This document shows, piece after piece, positions 1-9,726 of a stretch of 64,000 nucleotides of DNA (the first letter of the stretch is position 1; every line of letters begins with the position of its first letter). Under the pieces are notes generated by a model. It worked only from the letters and a program-made list of their open reading frames with translations, was not told the DNA's origin and did no database searches. Source of the stretch: an uncultured Acidobacteriota bacterium (GTDB taxonomy: Bacteria; Acidobacteriota; Thermoanaerobaculia; Multivoradales; DATKCC01); the NCBI GenBank assembly GCA_963843755.1, contig CAWJLS010000001.1, forward strand, positions 27,749 to 91,748. The letters run 5' to 3'. The position numbers and the translations under genes were made by a program.

Positions 1-410
1 CCATGCGGGTCACCGAGCAGATCGACGCCCTCGAAGTCATGGCGACCGATCCGGTCCACTACCTGATGGTGCCGCGGGTCTGGGCCCTCACCCTGATGCT
101 GCCGGCCCTGGTGCTGATGGGCGACATCATCGGCATCGTCGGCGGCTACCTGGTGGCGGTGGTGCTGATGGGCTCGAACCCGGTGGTCTATGTCGACAAC
201 AGCTTCCAGTACATGGACCTCTGGGACCTGGGCCAGGGCCTGGTCAAGGCGGCCTTCTTCGGCCTGCTGGTGGCGGTGATCGGCTGCCAGAAGGGCTACT
301 TCACGACCGGCGGCGCCGAGGGCGTCGGCCGCTCGACGACCCGCGCCGTGGTGGCGGCCTCGATCGCCATCCTGCTCTCCGACTTCTTCCTCACCAAGGT
401 GCTGTCGTGA
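1..410 (+). CDS. mlaE: MlaE-family ABC permease (5'-truncated by window edge)
   Basis: Hydrophobic ORF with EQIDALEVMA..DP and GGAEGVGRSTTRAVV motifs typical of MlaE; stop overlaps mlaF start. Confidence 0.92.
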   Translation, partial: MRVTEQIDALEVMATDPVHYLMVPRVWALTLMLPALVLMGDIIGIVGGYLVAVVLMGSNPVVYVDNSFQYMDLWDLGQGLVKAAFFGLLVAVIGCQKGYFTTGGAEGVGRSTTRAVVAASIAILLSDFFLTKVLS

Positions 411-1219
411 GCGTGGCGGAGGAGCGGACGGGGCGGGACGAGGTGGTCCTGGAAGATCTCCACAAGTCGTTCGGCTCGCTCACCGTGCTCGACGGGCTCG
501 ATCTCTCGATCCGGCGCGGCGAATCGATGGTGGTGATCGGCGGCTCCGGCCAGGGCAAGAGCGTGCTGCTCAAGCACATCATCGGGCTGCTCGCCCCGGA
601 CAGCGGCCGGGTGGAGGTCGACGGCGTCGACCTTTCGACCCTGACCTCGCGCGAGCTCACCCGCTTCCGGCAGCGCTTCGGCATGGCCTTCCAGGAGGGC
701 GCGCTGTTCGACTCCATGACCGTCGCCGAAAACGTCGGCTTCGCCCTGAGCCGCCTGACCGACCTGTCGGCGAAGGCGATCCGCGAGCGCGTCGACGAGT
801 GCCTGCGCATGGTGCGTCTCGAAGGGGTGGGGGAGAAGCTCCCGTCGCAGCTCTCCGGCGGCATGCGCCGGCGGGTCGGCTTCGCCCGCGCCATCGCCCA
901 CGAGCCCCAGATCCTGCTCTTCGACGAGCCGACCACCGGCCTCGACCCGGTGATCACCGCGCTCATCGACGAGATCATCAACGACCTCTCGGACAACCTC
1001 CACACCACGACCATCACCATCACCCACGACATGACCAGCGCCTTCCGCATCGCCGACCGCATCGGCCTGCTGTTCGAAGGTAGGATCGTGGCCCTCGACG
1101 CGCCGGAGGAGTTCCGGCGGCTCGACGATCCCCGGGTCCAGCAGTTCATCCACGGTGAGGCGGAGGGACCGCTCACCGAGTCGGCACGATCGAGCCAACG
1201 CGTAGAAAGGGAAAGTTGA
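407..1219 (+). CDS. mlaF: MlaF-family ABC ATPase
   Basis: Walker A GGSGQGKS, LSGGMRRRV signature, LLFDEPTTGLDP; lies between mlaE and the MCE gene. Confidence 0.93.
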   Translation: MSVAEERTGRDEVVLEDLHKSFGSLTVLDGLDLSIRRGESMVVIGGSGQGKSVLLKHIIGLLAPDSGRVEVDGVDLSTLTSRELTRFRQRFGMAFQEGALFDSMTVAENVGFALSRLTDLSAKAIRERVDECLRMVRLEGVGEKLPSQLSGGMRRRVGFARAIAHEPQILLFDEPTTGLDPVITALIDEIINDLSDNLHTTTITITHDMTSAFRIADRIGLLFEGRIVALDAPEEFRRLDDPRVQQFIHGEAEGPLTESARSSQRVERES

Positions 1220-2703
1220 TGTCCAACGCTTTCAAGGTCGGCCTGTTCGCGATCGTCGTTCTGGTGCTCCTGGCCGCCATGATCCTCCGGATCGAGGACA
1301 TCCACCTCTTCGGAGGCCCCCAGCGGAGCGTCTATGCGGCGTTCGACAACGTCGCCGGGCTCGACGACAAGGCGACCGTGCGCATCGCCGGCGTCCGTGT
1401 CGGGCGGGTCGACGGCATCCACCTGGCCGACCGCAAGGCCCGGGTCCGCCTGGTGCTCGAGGACGCAGGAGAGCAGCTCAACGAGGGCACGGTGGCCCGC
1501 ATCGCCAACATGGGGCTGCTGGGCGACAAGTACGTGGTGCTCGAGCCCGGCCCGTCGGACGCGCCGCCCCTCGCCGACGGAGCGACCATCCCCGGGTTCA
1601 CGCCGCCGACCTTCGATCAGGCCCTGGCCAAGTTCAGCAACCTGGGGGACTCCCTGGGCAACCTGGGCAAGACCCTCACCGAGGCCAACGGCGAAACCCC
1701 CCTCGACCGGCTGATCCGGAATCTCGAGGCGATGAGCGGTGAGCTGCGCACCATGGTGGAGCAGAACCGGGGCAAGGTCGAATCGACCCTCTCCAACGCC
1801 AGCGCCGTCAGCGCCACCCTGGCTCAAGAGCTGCCCCGGCTGACGCGCCAGATGACCGGCATCCTCGACCGGGTCGACCGCACCCTGGCCCAGGTCCAGG
1901 GGACCGTCGTCGAAGGGCGCCCGGACTTCCAGGCGTCGCTCGCCAACATGCGCAAGCTGACCGAAAAGGCCCAGACCTCGGTCGACAACATCAACGAGAT
2001 CACCACCCGCATGGCCGAGGGCAAGGGCACCATCGGCAAGCTGCTGAGTTCCGACGAGGCCCACGACGAGCTGGTCGGCGCCCTCAAGTCGGTCGAGTCC
2101 GGCGTCGGCAGCCTCAAAGAGGCGTTCGCCGGCATCCAGCGCATCCAGCTCGAGCTGGGCATCGAGAGCTACTACCTGAGCGACCCGGGCGAGTCCCGCA
2201 GCTCGCTCAACGTCGACATCGACACCCAGAGCGGCGGCCCGCTCTACCGGGTCGGCGTGATCGACTCGCCGAACGGCAAGACCGACACCGACACCCGGCG
2301 GTACACGATCACCAACCCGGACGGCAGCGTCGACACCACGACCGTGGAGACCTTCGACCAGACCGACGACCTGACCTTCTCGGCCCTGGTCGGCTTCCAC
2401 CTGTTCGACGACAGCCGGATCTGGGCGGGCGTGATCGAGTCCAAAGGCGGCGTCCAGATCGAACAGCCGCTGCTCGACCACCGGCTCGCGCTCTCCGTCG
2501 AAGCCTTCGACTTCGACCGGCAAGACGACCTCGACCCCCACATTCGCCTCTCCGGCGTCTGGCACCTCAACGACCAGCTCTACCTCAAGGCCGGCTACGA
2601 CGACCTGCTGGTCGGCGACCAGAGGAGCCTGTTCTTCGGCGGCGGGATCAGGTGGCGCGACGACACGTTGAAGTATCTGTTGGGGTCGCTGCCGAAGCCG
2701 TGA
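1219..2703 (+). CDS. mlaD: MlaD/MCE-family protein with long helical region and beta-strand-rich C-terminal domain
   Basis: N-terminal TM helix, MCE motif (AGLDDKATVRIAGVRVGRV, LLGDKYV), coiled-coil middle, aromatic amphipathic strands at C-terminus; ATG at 1219 overlaps mlaF TGA. Confidence 0.85.
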   Translation: MSNAFKVGLFAIVVLVLLAAMILRIEDIHLFGGPQRSVYAAFDNVAGLDDKATVRIAGVRVGRVDGIHLADRKARVRLVLEDAGEQLNEGTVARIANMGLLGDKYVVLEPGPSDAPPLADGATIPGFTPPTFDQALAKFSNLGDSLGNLGKTLTEANGETPLDRLIRNLEAMSGELRTMVEQNRGKVESTLSNASAVSATLAQELPRLTRQMTGILDRVDRTLAQVQGTVVEGRPDFQASLANMRKLTEKAQTSVDNINEITTRMAEGKGTIGKLLSSDEAHDELVGALKSVESGVGSLKEAFAGIQRIQLELGIESYYLSDPGESRSSLNVDIDTQSGGPLYRVGVIDSPNGKTDTDTRRYTITNPDGSVDTTTVETFDQTDDLTFSALVGFHLFDDSRIWAGVIESKGGVQIEQPLLDHRLALSVEAFDFDRQDDLDPHIRLSGVWHLNDQLYLKAGYDDLLVGDQRSLFFGGGIRWRDDTLKYLLGSLPKP

Positions 2704-2751
2704 CGCCAGGCAATGTAGTTCTTCCTCTTCGCCGTTCTTCTCTTTTCCCTG

Positions 2752-2787
2752 GGAGGGGAGACGTCCCCTCCGAGCCCCTCCCTCCCG
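2752..2787. repeat. GC-rich extragenic hairpin, REP-like
   Basis: GGAGGGGA-GACG-TCCCCTCC hairpin between convergent genes; reverse complement resembles 43578-43602. Confidence 0.5.
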
Positions 2788-2838
2788 GCCGCTCCCGACA
2801 GACCCCTCGCCCTCGCGTTCGCCCCCGGCCCGCCCTCG

Positions 2839-3750
2839 CTACAGCTCGGGCTCCGCCCCGACCAGCCGCCGGTAGGCCTCGACGTAGCGCTCGAGCGTCC
2901 CCTCGACCACGTCGGCCGGCAGCTCCGGCGGCTCCGACTCGTGGTCCCAGCCGGATGCGTCCAGCCAGTTGCGCACGAACTGCTTGTCGAACGACGCCGG
3001 CTCCTCGCCGGGGCTCCAGGTCGACACTTCCCAGTAGCGCGACGAGTCCGGCGTCAACGCCTCGTCGACCAGGATGAGCTCGCCGTCGAGCAGGCCGAAC
3101 TCGAACTTCGTGTCCGCCAGGATGAGATCGCGCTCCGCCGCATGCTCCGTCCCCCGCCGGTAGAGCTCCAGAGTCAGCCGGCGCAGGTTGCCGGCGAGCT
3201 GGGGGCCGAGCTCACCCTCCATGACCTCGAACGGCACGTTGACGTCGTGACGCCCCTCGGTCTCCTTGGTCGCCGGGGTGAAGATCGGCTCCGGCAGCCG
3301 GCTCGCGCGGACCAGGCCGTCGGGCAGCGCCACGCCGCACACGGCACCGCCGTCGCGGTACTCCCGGAAGCCGCTGCCGGCGAGAAACCCCCGCGCGACA
3401 CATTCGAACGGCACCACCCGCGCCTTGCGCACCAGCGCCGAGCGCCCGGCGATCTGGGCCGCGTCGGCCCCCAGGCGGTCCCGGAGGGCGGCGGGGAAGT
3501 CCTCGACCCGGACGGCCAGCAGGTGGTTCGGCACGACGTCGGCGAGCCGGTCGAACCAGAAGGCCGAGAGCTGGTGGAGAACCTTGCCCTTGCCCGGGAT
3601 GCCCGGCGCCAGGATGTGGTCGTAGGCCGAGATCCGGTCGGTGGCGACGATCAGCAGCTCGTCGCCCAGGTCGTAGACGTCGCGTACCTTGCCGCGGAAC
3701 GGCGTGGGCAGACCGGGCAGGTGGCTGGTACGAAGCGCTTCGGCGGTCAT
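2839..3750 (-). CDS. purC: Phosphoribosylaminoimidazole-succinocarboxamide (SAICAR) synthase
   Basis: GKVRDVY, TDRISAYD, ADTKFEFG, DEALTPDSSRYW, SFDKQFVR motifs; GGAGG upstream of ATG 3750. Confidence 0.96.
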   Translation of the reverse strand: MTAEALRTSHLPGLPTPFRGKVRDVYDLGDELLIVATDRISAYDHILAPGIPGKGKVLHQLSAFWFDRLADVVPNHLLAVRVEDFPAALRDRLGADAAQIAGRSALVRKARVVPFECVARGFLAGSGFREYRDGGAVCGVALPDGLVRASRLPEPIFTPATKETEGRHDVNVPFEVMEGELGPQLAGNLRRLTLELYRRGTEHAAERDLILADTKFEFGLLDGELILVDEALTPDSSRYWEVSTWSPGEEPASFDKQFVRNWLDASGWDHESEPPELPADVVEGTLERYVEAYRRLVGAEPEL

Positions 3751-3843
3751 CGGCGACACCTCCGGGGGGACAGAAATCTGCGGGGATCAGAAGGATCGTG
3801 CTGGATCGGGCTGAATCTTGACGAGCCGGACCGAGCGGTCGGA

Positions 3844-5898
3844 TCAGATCGGCACCGTGCCTTCATTTTCGGCGCTCTCGAGGCCGCCGAAGCGGCTGGC
3901 CGCGTCGCGCTCGATGGCGGCGGTCAGCCCGGGGCCGTGCATCGGGGTCAGATCCTGGAGGGTCAGGTCGCCCAGGTCGACCACTTCGAACACCGCCAGC
4001 TTGTCGAGCCCTTTGAGCGAGGCCACGCCGAGGCGCCGGATGCCGATGGTCAGGGTCTCGCCGTTGCGGCCGCCGGCCGCCGCGTCGTGGAGCGAGACCG
4101 CCACCCAGGTCCGGTCGTGGGCCCGGGCCCGCCGCAGGTCGGTGAACCGGTTCTCGGCGTCGAGCTGATCGAGGAACGAGGCGGTGGCGACGATCCCTTC
4201 GTTGACCAGGTTGCCGTTGCGGTTGATGTAGGCGAAGAAGCTCCGGGTCTCTTCACGCTGGTCGATCGTGTCGACGTTCTTGGTCAGGACCGGCGCGAAG
4301 AAGCGGTGGACGACGTCCTGGCGGTAGCCCAGGTTGACCAGCATCGTCTTGATCTCTTCGATCTCCCGGGTCGCCTTGCCGGTGGTCAGGCGGGAGAGCT
4401 CGACCAGGCCGTGGCCGAAGAACTCGTAGCGCTCGGTGCCGGGCGAGCCGGTGTGGATCGGGATCAGCCGGTACTGCCCGAAGTTGAGGGCGACCCGCAA
4501 GCCGTGGTCGAACGGGAAGCCTTCGGCGACCGCCTGGGCGTAGAGGCGCTGGATCTGGATCGCCGCCACCAGCATCTGGCCGCCCTGGCGGCTGGAGTAG
4601 AAGGCGCCGTCGCCGAGGTACTTCTCGAGCTTCAGGCGCCGGTCGTCCGCCAGCCGGTTGATCCGCCGCTGGAACCGGAACATGCGCCGGAAGGAGCTGT
4701 CCTGGGTGTCGGAGCCGGAGCGCCGCAGGACCGACACCACTTCGGAGAAGTCGGCGATGTCGTAGATCATGCCGAAGCGGTGCACCAGGGGATCGACCAC
4801 CCAGGGCGCCATGAAGTCCATCGGCCGGGTGGTGGGGGAGAGGCGCAGCTCGCCGCGCCCGACCATCGTCCGGTTGAGCGACTTGCGGCTGGTGACGTAG
4901 GCGTCGCCGGAGGCCTCGACCGGCATGATCATGCGCCGCAGGGCGTGGTAGAGCTCGAACTCCTTGAGCTTGAGCAGCAGGCTCTCCCACACCGCGATCG
5001 AGGCCGGCGGCAGCAGGCGGTCGGGCAGCCAGCCCGGACGGCTGGAGAGGAACGTGACGTAGCCGGGGCGAACCAGCAGGTCGCGGGGGTGCTCCGGGTC
5101 GCCGCCGAGCAGATGGCGCACGGCGAGGGTCAGGTCCCGGTCGTCCCGGAGCTGCTCCCGGTGCCAGGTGTTGAGCTCATCGAGCCGGCGGCGCAGGTCG
5201 CGCCCGTCGATCCGCAGGTGGCCGGCGAAGTAGCTGTTGAGCTCGGCCAGGTTCGGGCTGACGTGATCCTCGGTCAGGATCAGGACGTTGTCGACCATGC
5301 GCGTGAGCAGGCGCGGAAAGAGCTCCTCCTCGAGCGCGTCGGTGTCCGTCGCCAGCCGCTGCATCAGGTCGTAGACCGTCGACTGGATGCGATCGACGTA
5401 GCGGTCGTAGACCCGGTACTTGATCTCGTCGCCGTGGGCCCGCCCGAGCTCCAGGTCCTCCCGGGTCACCCGCCGGGGTGTCTCCTTGAGCAGCGCCGAG
5501 AGATCGAGCGAGTGCTGGAGCCAGAACAGCGCCGGGAAGCGCCGGCCGTAGCTCGAGATGGTGACGTTCTCGACCGCCCGGCAGAGCTGGCTGCGGTAGG
5601 TCTCCCACGCCTGGTTGTAGGCGGTGCGGTCGGCGGGCTGGCGGCGGTAGATGCCGAGCTGCAGCATCTCCTCCTGGGTGACGTAGCGGATCAGCGCCTG
5701 GCGCAGAGCCCGCAAGCGCTCCGAGACCAGGACCGGGAAGCCGTGGAGCGGCGTCGAGACCTCGTCTTCGAGGAAGATTCTCTGGGGATGGGGGAGCGAG
5801 ACCGGCGCGTCGCCCATCAAGCGCCGCAGCTCTTCGGGCTCCAGCCGGAGGAAGTTGAACGGGCCTTGGAGCTGCTGCAGGATGGCGGGTTCGTTCAT
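3844..5898 (-). CDS. Cytoplasmic protein with divergent class III adenylate/guanylate cyclase domain
   Basis: YDIADFS, EKYLGDG, LRVALNFG, FFGHGLVELSRL and LKG motifs occur in class III cyclase order; start moved to ATG 5898. Confidence 0.65.
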   Translation of the reverse strand: MNEPAILQQLQGPFNFLRLEPEELRRLMGDAPVSLPHPQRIFLEDEVSTPLHGFPVLVSERLRALRQALIRYVTQEEMLQLGIYRRQPADRTAYNQAWETYRSQLCRAVENVTISSYGRRFPALFWLQHSLDLSALLKETPRRVTREDLELGRAHGDEIKYRVYDRYVDRIQSTVYDLMQRLATDTDALEEELFPRLLTRMVDNVLILTEDHVSPNLAELNSYFAGHLRIDGRDLRRRLDELNTWHREQLRDDRDLTLAVRHLLGGDPEHPRDLLVRPGYVTFLSSRPGWLPDRLLPPASIAVWESLLLKLKEFELYHALRRMIMPVEASGDAYVTSRKSLNRTMVGRGELRLSPTTRPMDFMAPWVVDPLVHRFGMIYDIADFSEVVSVLRRSGSDTQDSSFRRMFRFQRRINRLADDRRLKLEKYLGDGAFYSSRQGGQMLVAAIQIQRLYAQAVAEGFPFDHGLRVALNFGQYRLIPIHTGSPGTERYEFFGHGLVELSRLTTGKATREIEEIKTMLVNLGYRQDVVHRFFAPVLTKNVDTIDQREETRSFFAYINRNGNLVNEGIVATASFLDQLDAENRFTDLRRARAHDRTWVAVSLHDAAAGGRNGETLTIGIRRLGVASLKGLDKLAVFEVVDLGDLTLQDLTPMHGPGLTAAIERDAASRFGGLESAENEGTVPI

Positions 5899-6042
5899 GA
5901 CGGGTCGATCGGTGCCGTGATCGGGGACGGCTCGGTACGCGGCGAGATATAGCATACCCGTTCGCACGGCCCGGGCGCCGCGTCCGGCCCGACGGCAGCG
6001 CCTCCGGGCGGCGCCCGGGCGCCCCGTCCGCACGGCGTCGGC

Positions 6043-6051
6043 TGTTACACT
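6043..6051 (+). promoter_or_regulatory. Extended -10 promoter for pepA
   Basis: TG-T-TACACT 33 nt upstream of the pepA ATG, with [10 protein letters not shown]. Confidence 0.55.
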
Positions 6052-6084
6052 CTTGCGGCAATTGCGGGGAGGAGAAAGACCACG

Positions 6085-7620
6085 ATGACCCGGCTCGTGA
6101 ACCTAGAGATCGTGCCCGGCGCGACACCCGGAACCGCCGGGGACGAGAGCGCGGCGACCGCCGGATCGCGGGCGGCGGAGCTGCCGCCCGCGGACCTCTT
6201 GGTCGTCGGCTGCTTCCAAGGGGAACCGCCGGCGACCGACGGGCTGCCGGACGCGCTCGGCCGAGCCGTCGCTCGCTGCGCGGAGCGCGACGGCTTCGAA
6301 GGGCGGGAGAAGCAGCGTGTCGACGCCTCGTCGGAGGACGGACCGGTGACCGCGCTGGCGGTCCACGGCCTGGGCCGCCGCGACGACTTCGACGACCGCG
6401 GCCTGGCGGCCTGGATCGAGCGCACCCTCGAAGGCCTGCGGATCAACGGCGTCGCCCGGGCGCTCTGGCTCCTGCCCGACGCGCCGGAGACCCGCGGCCG
6501 CGCCGCCGCCGAACGCGTCTGCCGGCGCCTGGCCCTCGGCGCCTACCGTTTCGACCGCTACAAGGGCGAGTCCGGCCGGCCGCCGCTCCGCCTCTCCTGG
6601 ACCGGCGTCCTGCCGCCGGCCGGCGAGGCCGCGACCTACCGAGACGCGGCCGGGGAGGTCGTCCCGCTCGCCGAAGGGGTGGCCTTCACCCGCGACCTGG
6701 CCAACAGCCCGGCGAACGTCGCCGATCCGGCCTGGATGGAGGAGCAGGCCCGCGCCCTCGCCGACGAGCTGGCGATGGAGATCACCGTCCTCGACCGGCC
6801 GCAGCTCGAGGAGCGGGGCATGGGCGGTCTGCTGGCCGTCGGCCAAGGCTCCGCCGTGCCGCCCCGCCTGGTCCGCCTGGCCTGGGGGAGCGAAGGGCCG
6901 GTGATCGCCCTGGTCGGCAAGGGGGTGACCTTCGACACCGGCGGCATCTCGATCAAGCCGGCCGCGCGCCTCGACGAGATGAAGTACGACAAGACCGGCG
7001 CCTGCACCGTCCTGGGAGTCGCCCGGACCGTCGCCCGGCTCGGGCTGCCGGTCCGTCTGAGGGCCTACGTCGCCCTGGCGGAGAACATGCCCGACGGCGC
7101 GGCCTACCGGCCAGGCGACATCATCCGCTGCTACAACGGCAAGAGCGTCGAGATCATGAACACCGACGCCGAGGGGCGGCTGATCCTGGCCGACGCCCTG
7201 GCCCTGGCGGTCGAGGACGGCTGTGACGCCCTGGTCGAGCTGTCGACCCTCACCGGCGCCTGTGTCGTCGCCCTCGGCTTTCACGGCGCCGGTCTGTTCA
7301 CCCCCGACGACGCGCTGGCCGGTGCCCTGCTCGATGCCGCCGAGGAGGCGGGCGAGCGGCTCTGGCGGCTGCCGCTGTGGGACGAGTTCGTCGAGGAGAT
7401 GCAGGGCACCCACGCCGACCTCAAGAACAGCGGCGGGCGCTGGGGGGGCGCGAGCACGGCCGCGGCGTTCCTCTCCCAGTTCGTCGGCGGCCATCCCCAC
7501 TGGGCCCACCTGGACATCGCCGGACCGGCCCAGATCCCGAAGGAGCAGGGCGGCTCCCAGGGGGCCACCGGCTACGGCGTCTCCCTGCTGGTCCGCTGGC
7601 TCCGCGGCCTGGCGGTCTAG
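6085..7620 (+). CDS. pepA: Leucyl aminopeptidase (M17)
   Basis: KGVTFDTGGISIK, MKYD, NTDAEGRL, AHLDIAG motifs. Confidence 0.95.
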   Translation: MTRLVNLEIVPGATPGTAGDESAATAGSRAAELPPADLLVVGCFQGEPPATDGLPDALGRAVARCAERDGFEGREKQRVDASSEDGPVTALAVHGLGRRDDFDDRGLAAWIERTLEGLRINGVARALWLLPDAPETRGRAAAERVCRRLALGAYRFDRYKGESGRPPLRLSWTGVLPPAGEAATYRDAAGEVVPLAEGVAFTRDLANSPANVADPAWMEEQARALADELAMEITVLDRPQLEERGMGGLLAVGQGSAVPPRLVRLAWGSEGPVIALVGKGVTFDTGGISIKPAARLDEMKYDKTGACTVLGVARTVARLGLPVRLRAYVALAENMPDGAAYRPGDIIRCYNGKSVEIMNTDAEGRLILADALALAVEDGCDALVELSTLTGACVVALGFHGAGLFTPDDALAGALLDAAEEAGERLWRLPLWDEFVEEMQGTHADLKNSGGRWGGASTAAAFLSQFVGGHPHWAHLDIAGPAQIPKEQGGSQGATGYGVSLLVRWLRGLAV

Positions 7621-7702
7621 CCTGCACGGCCGGCACCCGGCCGCGACCGAGACCTCTCCCCCTCGACGCCTCTCCTCATTGACCCCTCTCTTCACCGACC
7701 CC

Positions 7703-8578
7703 GTGCCCGACCTGCTCGCGATCGACCGCCTGAGCGTCTGCACCAGCGCGCGCGCGGCCCGCCGCGCCCGCACCGGCCAGGGGACGGGCGGGATGCTGGT
7801 CGACCGGGTCTCGCTCACCGTCGGCGCCGGCGAGATCGTCGGCCTGGTCGGCGCCTCGGGCGCCGGCAAGAGCCTCACCGCCTACGCGGTGCTCGACCTG
7901 CTGCCGCCGGGGGTCGAGCGCTGCGGCGGCCGGATCGTGCTCGACGGTGTCGACCTGACCACCCTCGGCCCCCGGGCGCTGCGGCGGGTGCGGGGCCGCC
8001 GCATCGCCATGGTCTTCCAGGAGCCGGCCACGGCGTTGAACCCCACCTTCACCATCGGGTTCCAGGTGGCCGAGGCGATCCGTGCCCACCGGTCGCGGGA
8101 AGCAGGGCTCTCCCGCGAGGCTGTCCGCCGCGAGGTCGTCCGCCTGCTCGACCGGGTCGCCCTGCCCCAGGCCGGGCACCGCCTGCGCTCCTACCCCCAC
8201 GAGCTCTCCGGCGGCCAACGCCAGCGGGTCGTTCTGGCCATGGCCCTGGCCTGTGGACCGTCGCTCCTGCTGGCCGACGAGCCGACCACCGCCCTCGACG
8301 TGACCACCCAGGCGCAGATCCTCGACCTGCTGGAGGAGCTCCGGCGCGATCTCGGCCTGGGGGTGCTGCTGATCACCCACGACCTGCCGGTGGTGGCCGA
8401 GACCTGCGATCGGGTCGTGGTCCTCCACGGCGGCCGGGTGGTCGAGCAGGGCGACGTGGCCCGCGTCTTCGTCCACCCGGAAGACCACCATACGCAGGAG
8501 CTGCTGGCGGCGGCCGGTGCGGCGGCCCTCGGGAGCGCGCAAGAGGCCTCCTGGCAGGCTCCGGAGGGCGCGCCGTGA
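7703..8578 (+). CDS. Oligopeptide/dipeptide-type ABC ATPase (DppD/OppD-like)
   Basis: [36 protein letters not shown]; start uncertain (GTG 7703 or TTG 7679). Confidence 0.9.
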   Translation: MPDLLAIDRLSVCTSARAARRARTGQGTGGMLVDRVSLTVGAGEIVGLVGASGAGKSLTAYAVLDLLPPGVERCGGRIVLDGVDLTTLGPRALRRVRGRRIAMVFQEPATALNPTFTIGFQVAEAIRAHRSREAGLSREAVRREVVRLLDRVALPQAGHRLRSYPHELSGGQRQRVVLAMALACGPSLLLADEPTTALDVTTQAQILDLLEELRRDLGLGVLLITHDLPVVAETCDRVVVLHGGRVVEQGDVARVFVHPEDHHTQELLAAAGAAALGSAQEASWQAPEGAP

Positions 8579-9447
8579 CCGCCCCGCTCCTGCTGGAGGC
8601 CCGCGGGCTGGTCAAGAGCTTCCCGCTCGGCGGCGGCCCCTGGCGCGGCGAGCGCGCGGCGGTCCGAGCGGTCGACGGCGTCGACCTGGCGCTGGCTGCC
8701 GGCGAGTGCCTCGCCCTGGTGGGGGAGTCGGGGAGCGGCAAGACGACCCTGGCCCGCTGCCTGATGCGCCTCGAGGAGCCGGACGCCGGCAGCGTGCGCT
8801 TCCAGGGGGAGGATCTGCTGGCGCTCGATGCGCGGTCCCTCCGGCGGCGGCGGCGGGGGTTCCAGATGGTCTTCCAGGACCCCCAGGAGAGCCTCAACCC
8901 GCGGATGCGGGTGGGCGCCCTGCTGGCCGAGCCGCTGGCGCTCCACCGGGTGGTGCCGCGGGAGCGGATCGCCGCCCGGGTCGCCGAGCTGCTCGAGACG
9001 GTCGGCCTGCCGGGCGACGCCGCCGACCGCTACCCGCACCAGTTCTCGGGCGGACAGCGCCAGCGGATCGGCATCGCGCGGGCTCTGGCGCCGGAGCCGG
9101 CGCTGCTGGTCGCCGACGAGCCGGTGTCGGCCCTCGACCTGCTGGTCCGTGCGCGGGTCATCGACCTGTTTCGCGACCTCCAGGAGCGCCTCGGCCTGGC
9201 GATCCTGTTCATCGCCCACGACCTGGCCCTGGTGGCGCGGCTGGCCCAGCGGGTAATGGTGCTCCACCGCGGGCGGGTGGTGGAGGAGGCGCCGACGGCC
9301 GAGATCTTCGCCCGTCCCGGCCATCCGTATACCCGGGAGCTGCTGCGCGCGATCCCGCGCCTGCGCCCGGGCTACCGCCGCCGCGCTCTGGCCGCGAGGC
9401 CCGAAACGACCGAACCGACAGGCCACGCGCCGCCGGAGCTGCCGTGA
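8575..9447 (+). CDS. Oligopeptide/dipeptide-type ABC ATPase (DppF/OppF-like)
   Basis: [41 protein letters not shown]. Confidence 0.92.
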   Translation: MTAPLLLEARGLVKSFPLGGGPWRGERAAVRAVDGVDLALAAGECLALVGESGSGKTTLARCLMRLEEPDAGSVRFQGEDLLALDARSLRRRRRGFQMVFQDPQESLNPRMRVGALLAEPLALHRVVPRERIAARVAELLETVGLPGDAADRYPHQFSGGQRQRIGIARALAPEPALLVADEPVSALDLLVRARVIDLFRDLQERLGLAILFIAHDLALVARLAQRVMVLHRGRVVEEAPTAEIFARPGHPYTRELLRAIPRLRPGYRRRALAARPETTEPTGHAPPELP

Positions 9448-9562
9448 GCCGTCCGCGCGCGGACGGATGCGTCCCGAAACCGGACGCGGCCACACTCCGG
9501 ATGCGGGTCGCGAACGCCGCCACGACCGGTTCGTAACCGACGGTTTCGGCCGCTCCGCGTGG

Positions 9563-9578
9563 TGGAGCGGCCCTTGCA
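9563..9578 (+). promoter_or_regulatory. Possible sigma54 (-24/-12) promoter for efflux operon
   Basis: TGGAGCG-GCCC-TTGCA has exact GG-N10-GC spacing versus consensus TGGCACG-N4-TTGC. Confidence 0.4.
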
Positions 9579-9726
9579 ACTGCGGCGCTCGGCCGAGGGG
9601 AAACCTTCGGAGCTCCGCGACGTACAGCAGTCAAAGTGAGCGGTTGCGCCGCCCGTCCGGTAGCGTGTGGGCCGACGACCGCGACTCCACGATGAACACG
9701 AGCCGATGAGAAGGGTGAGACAAGGC

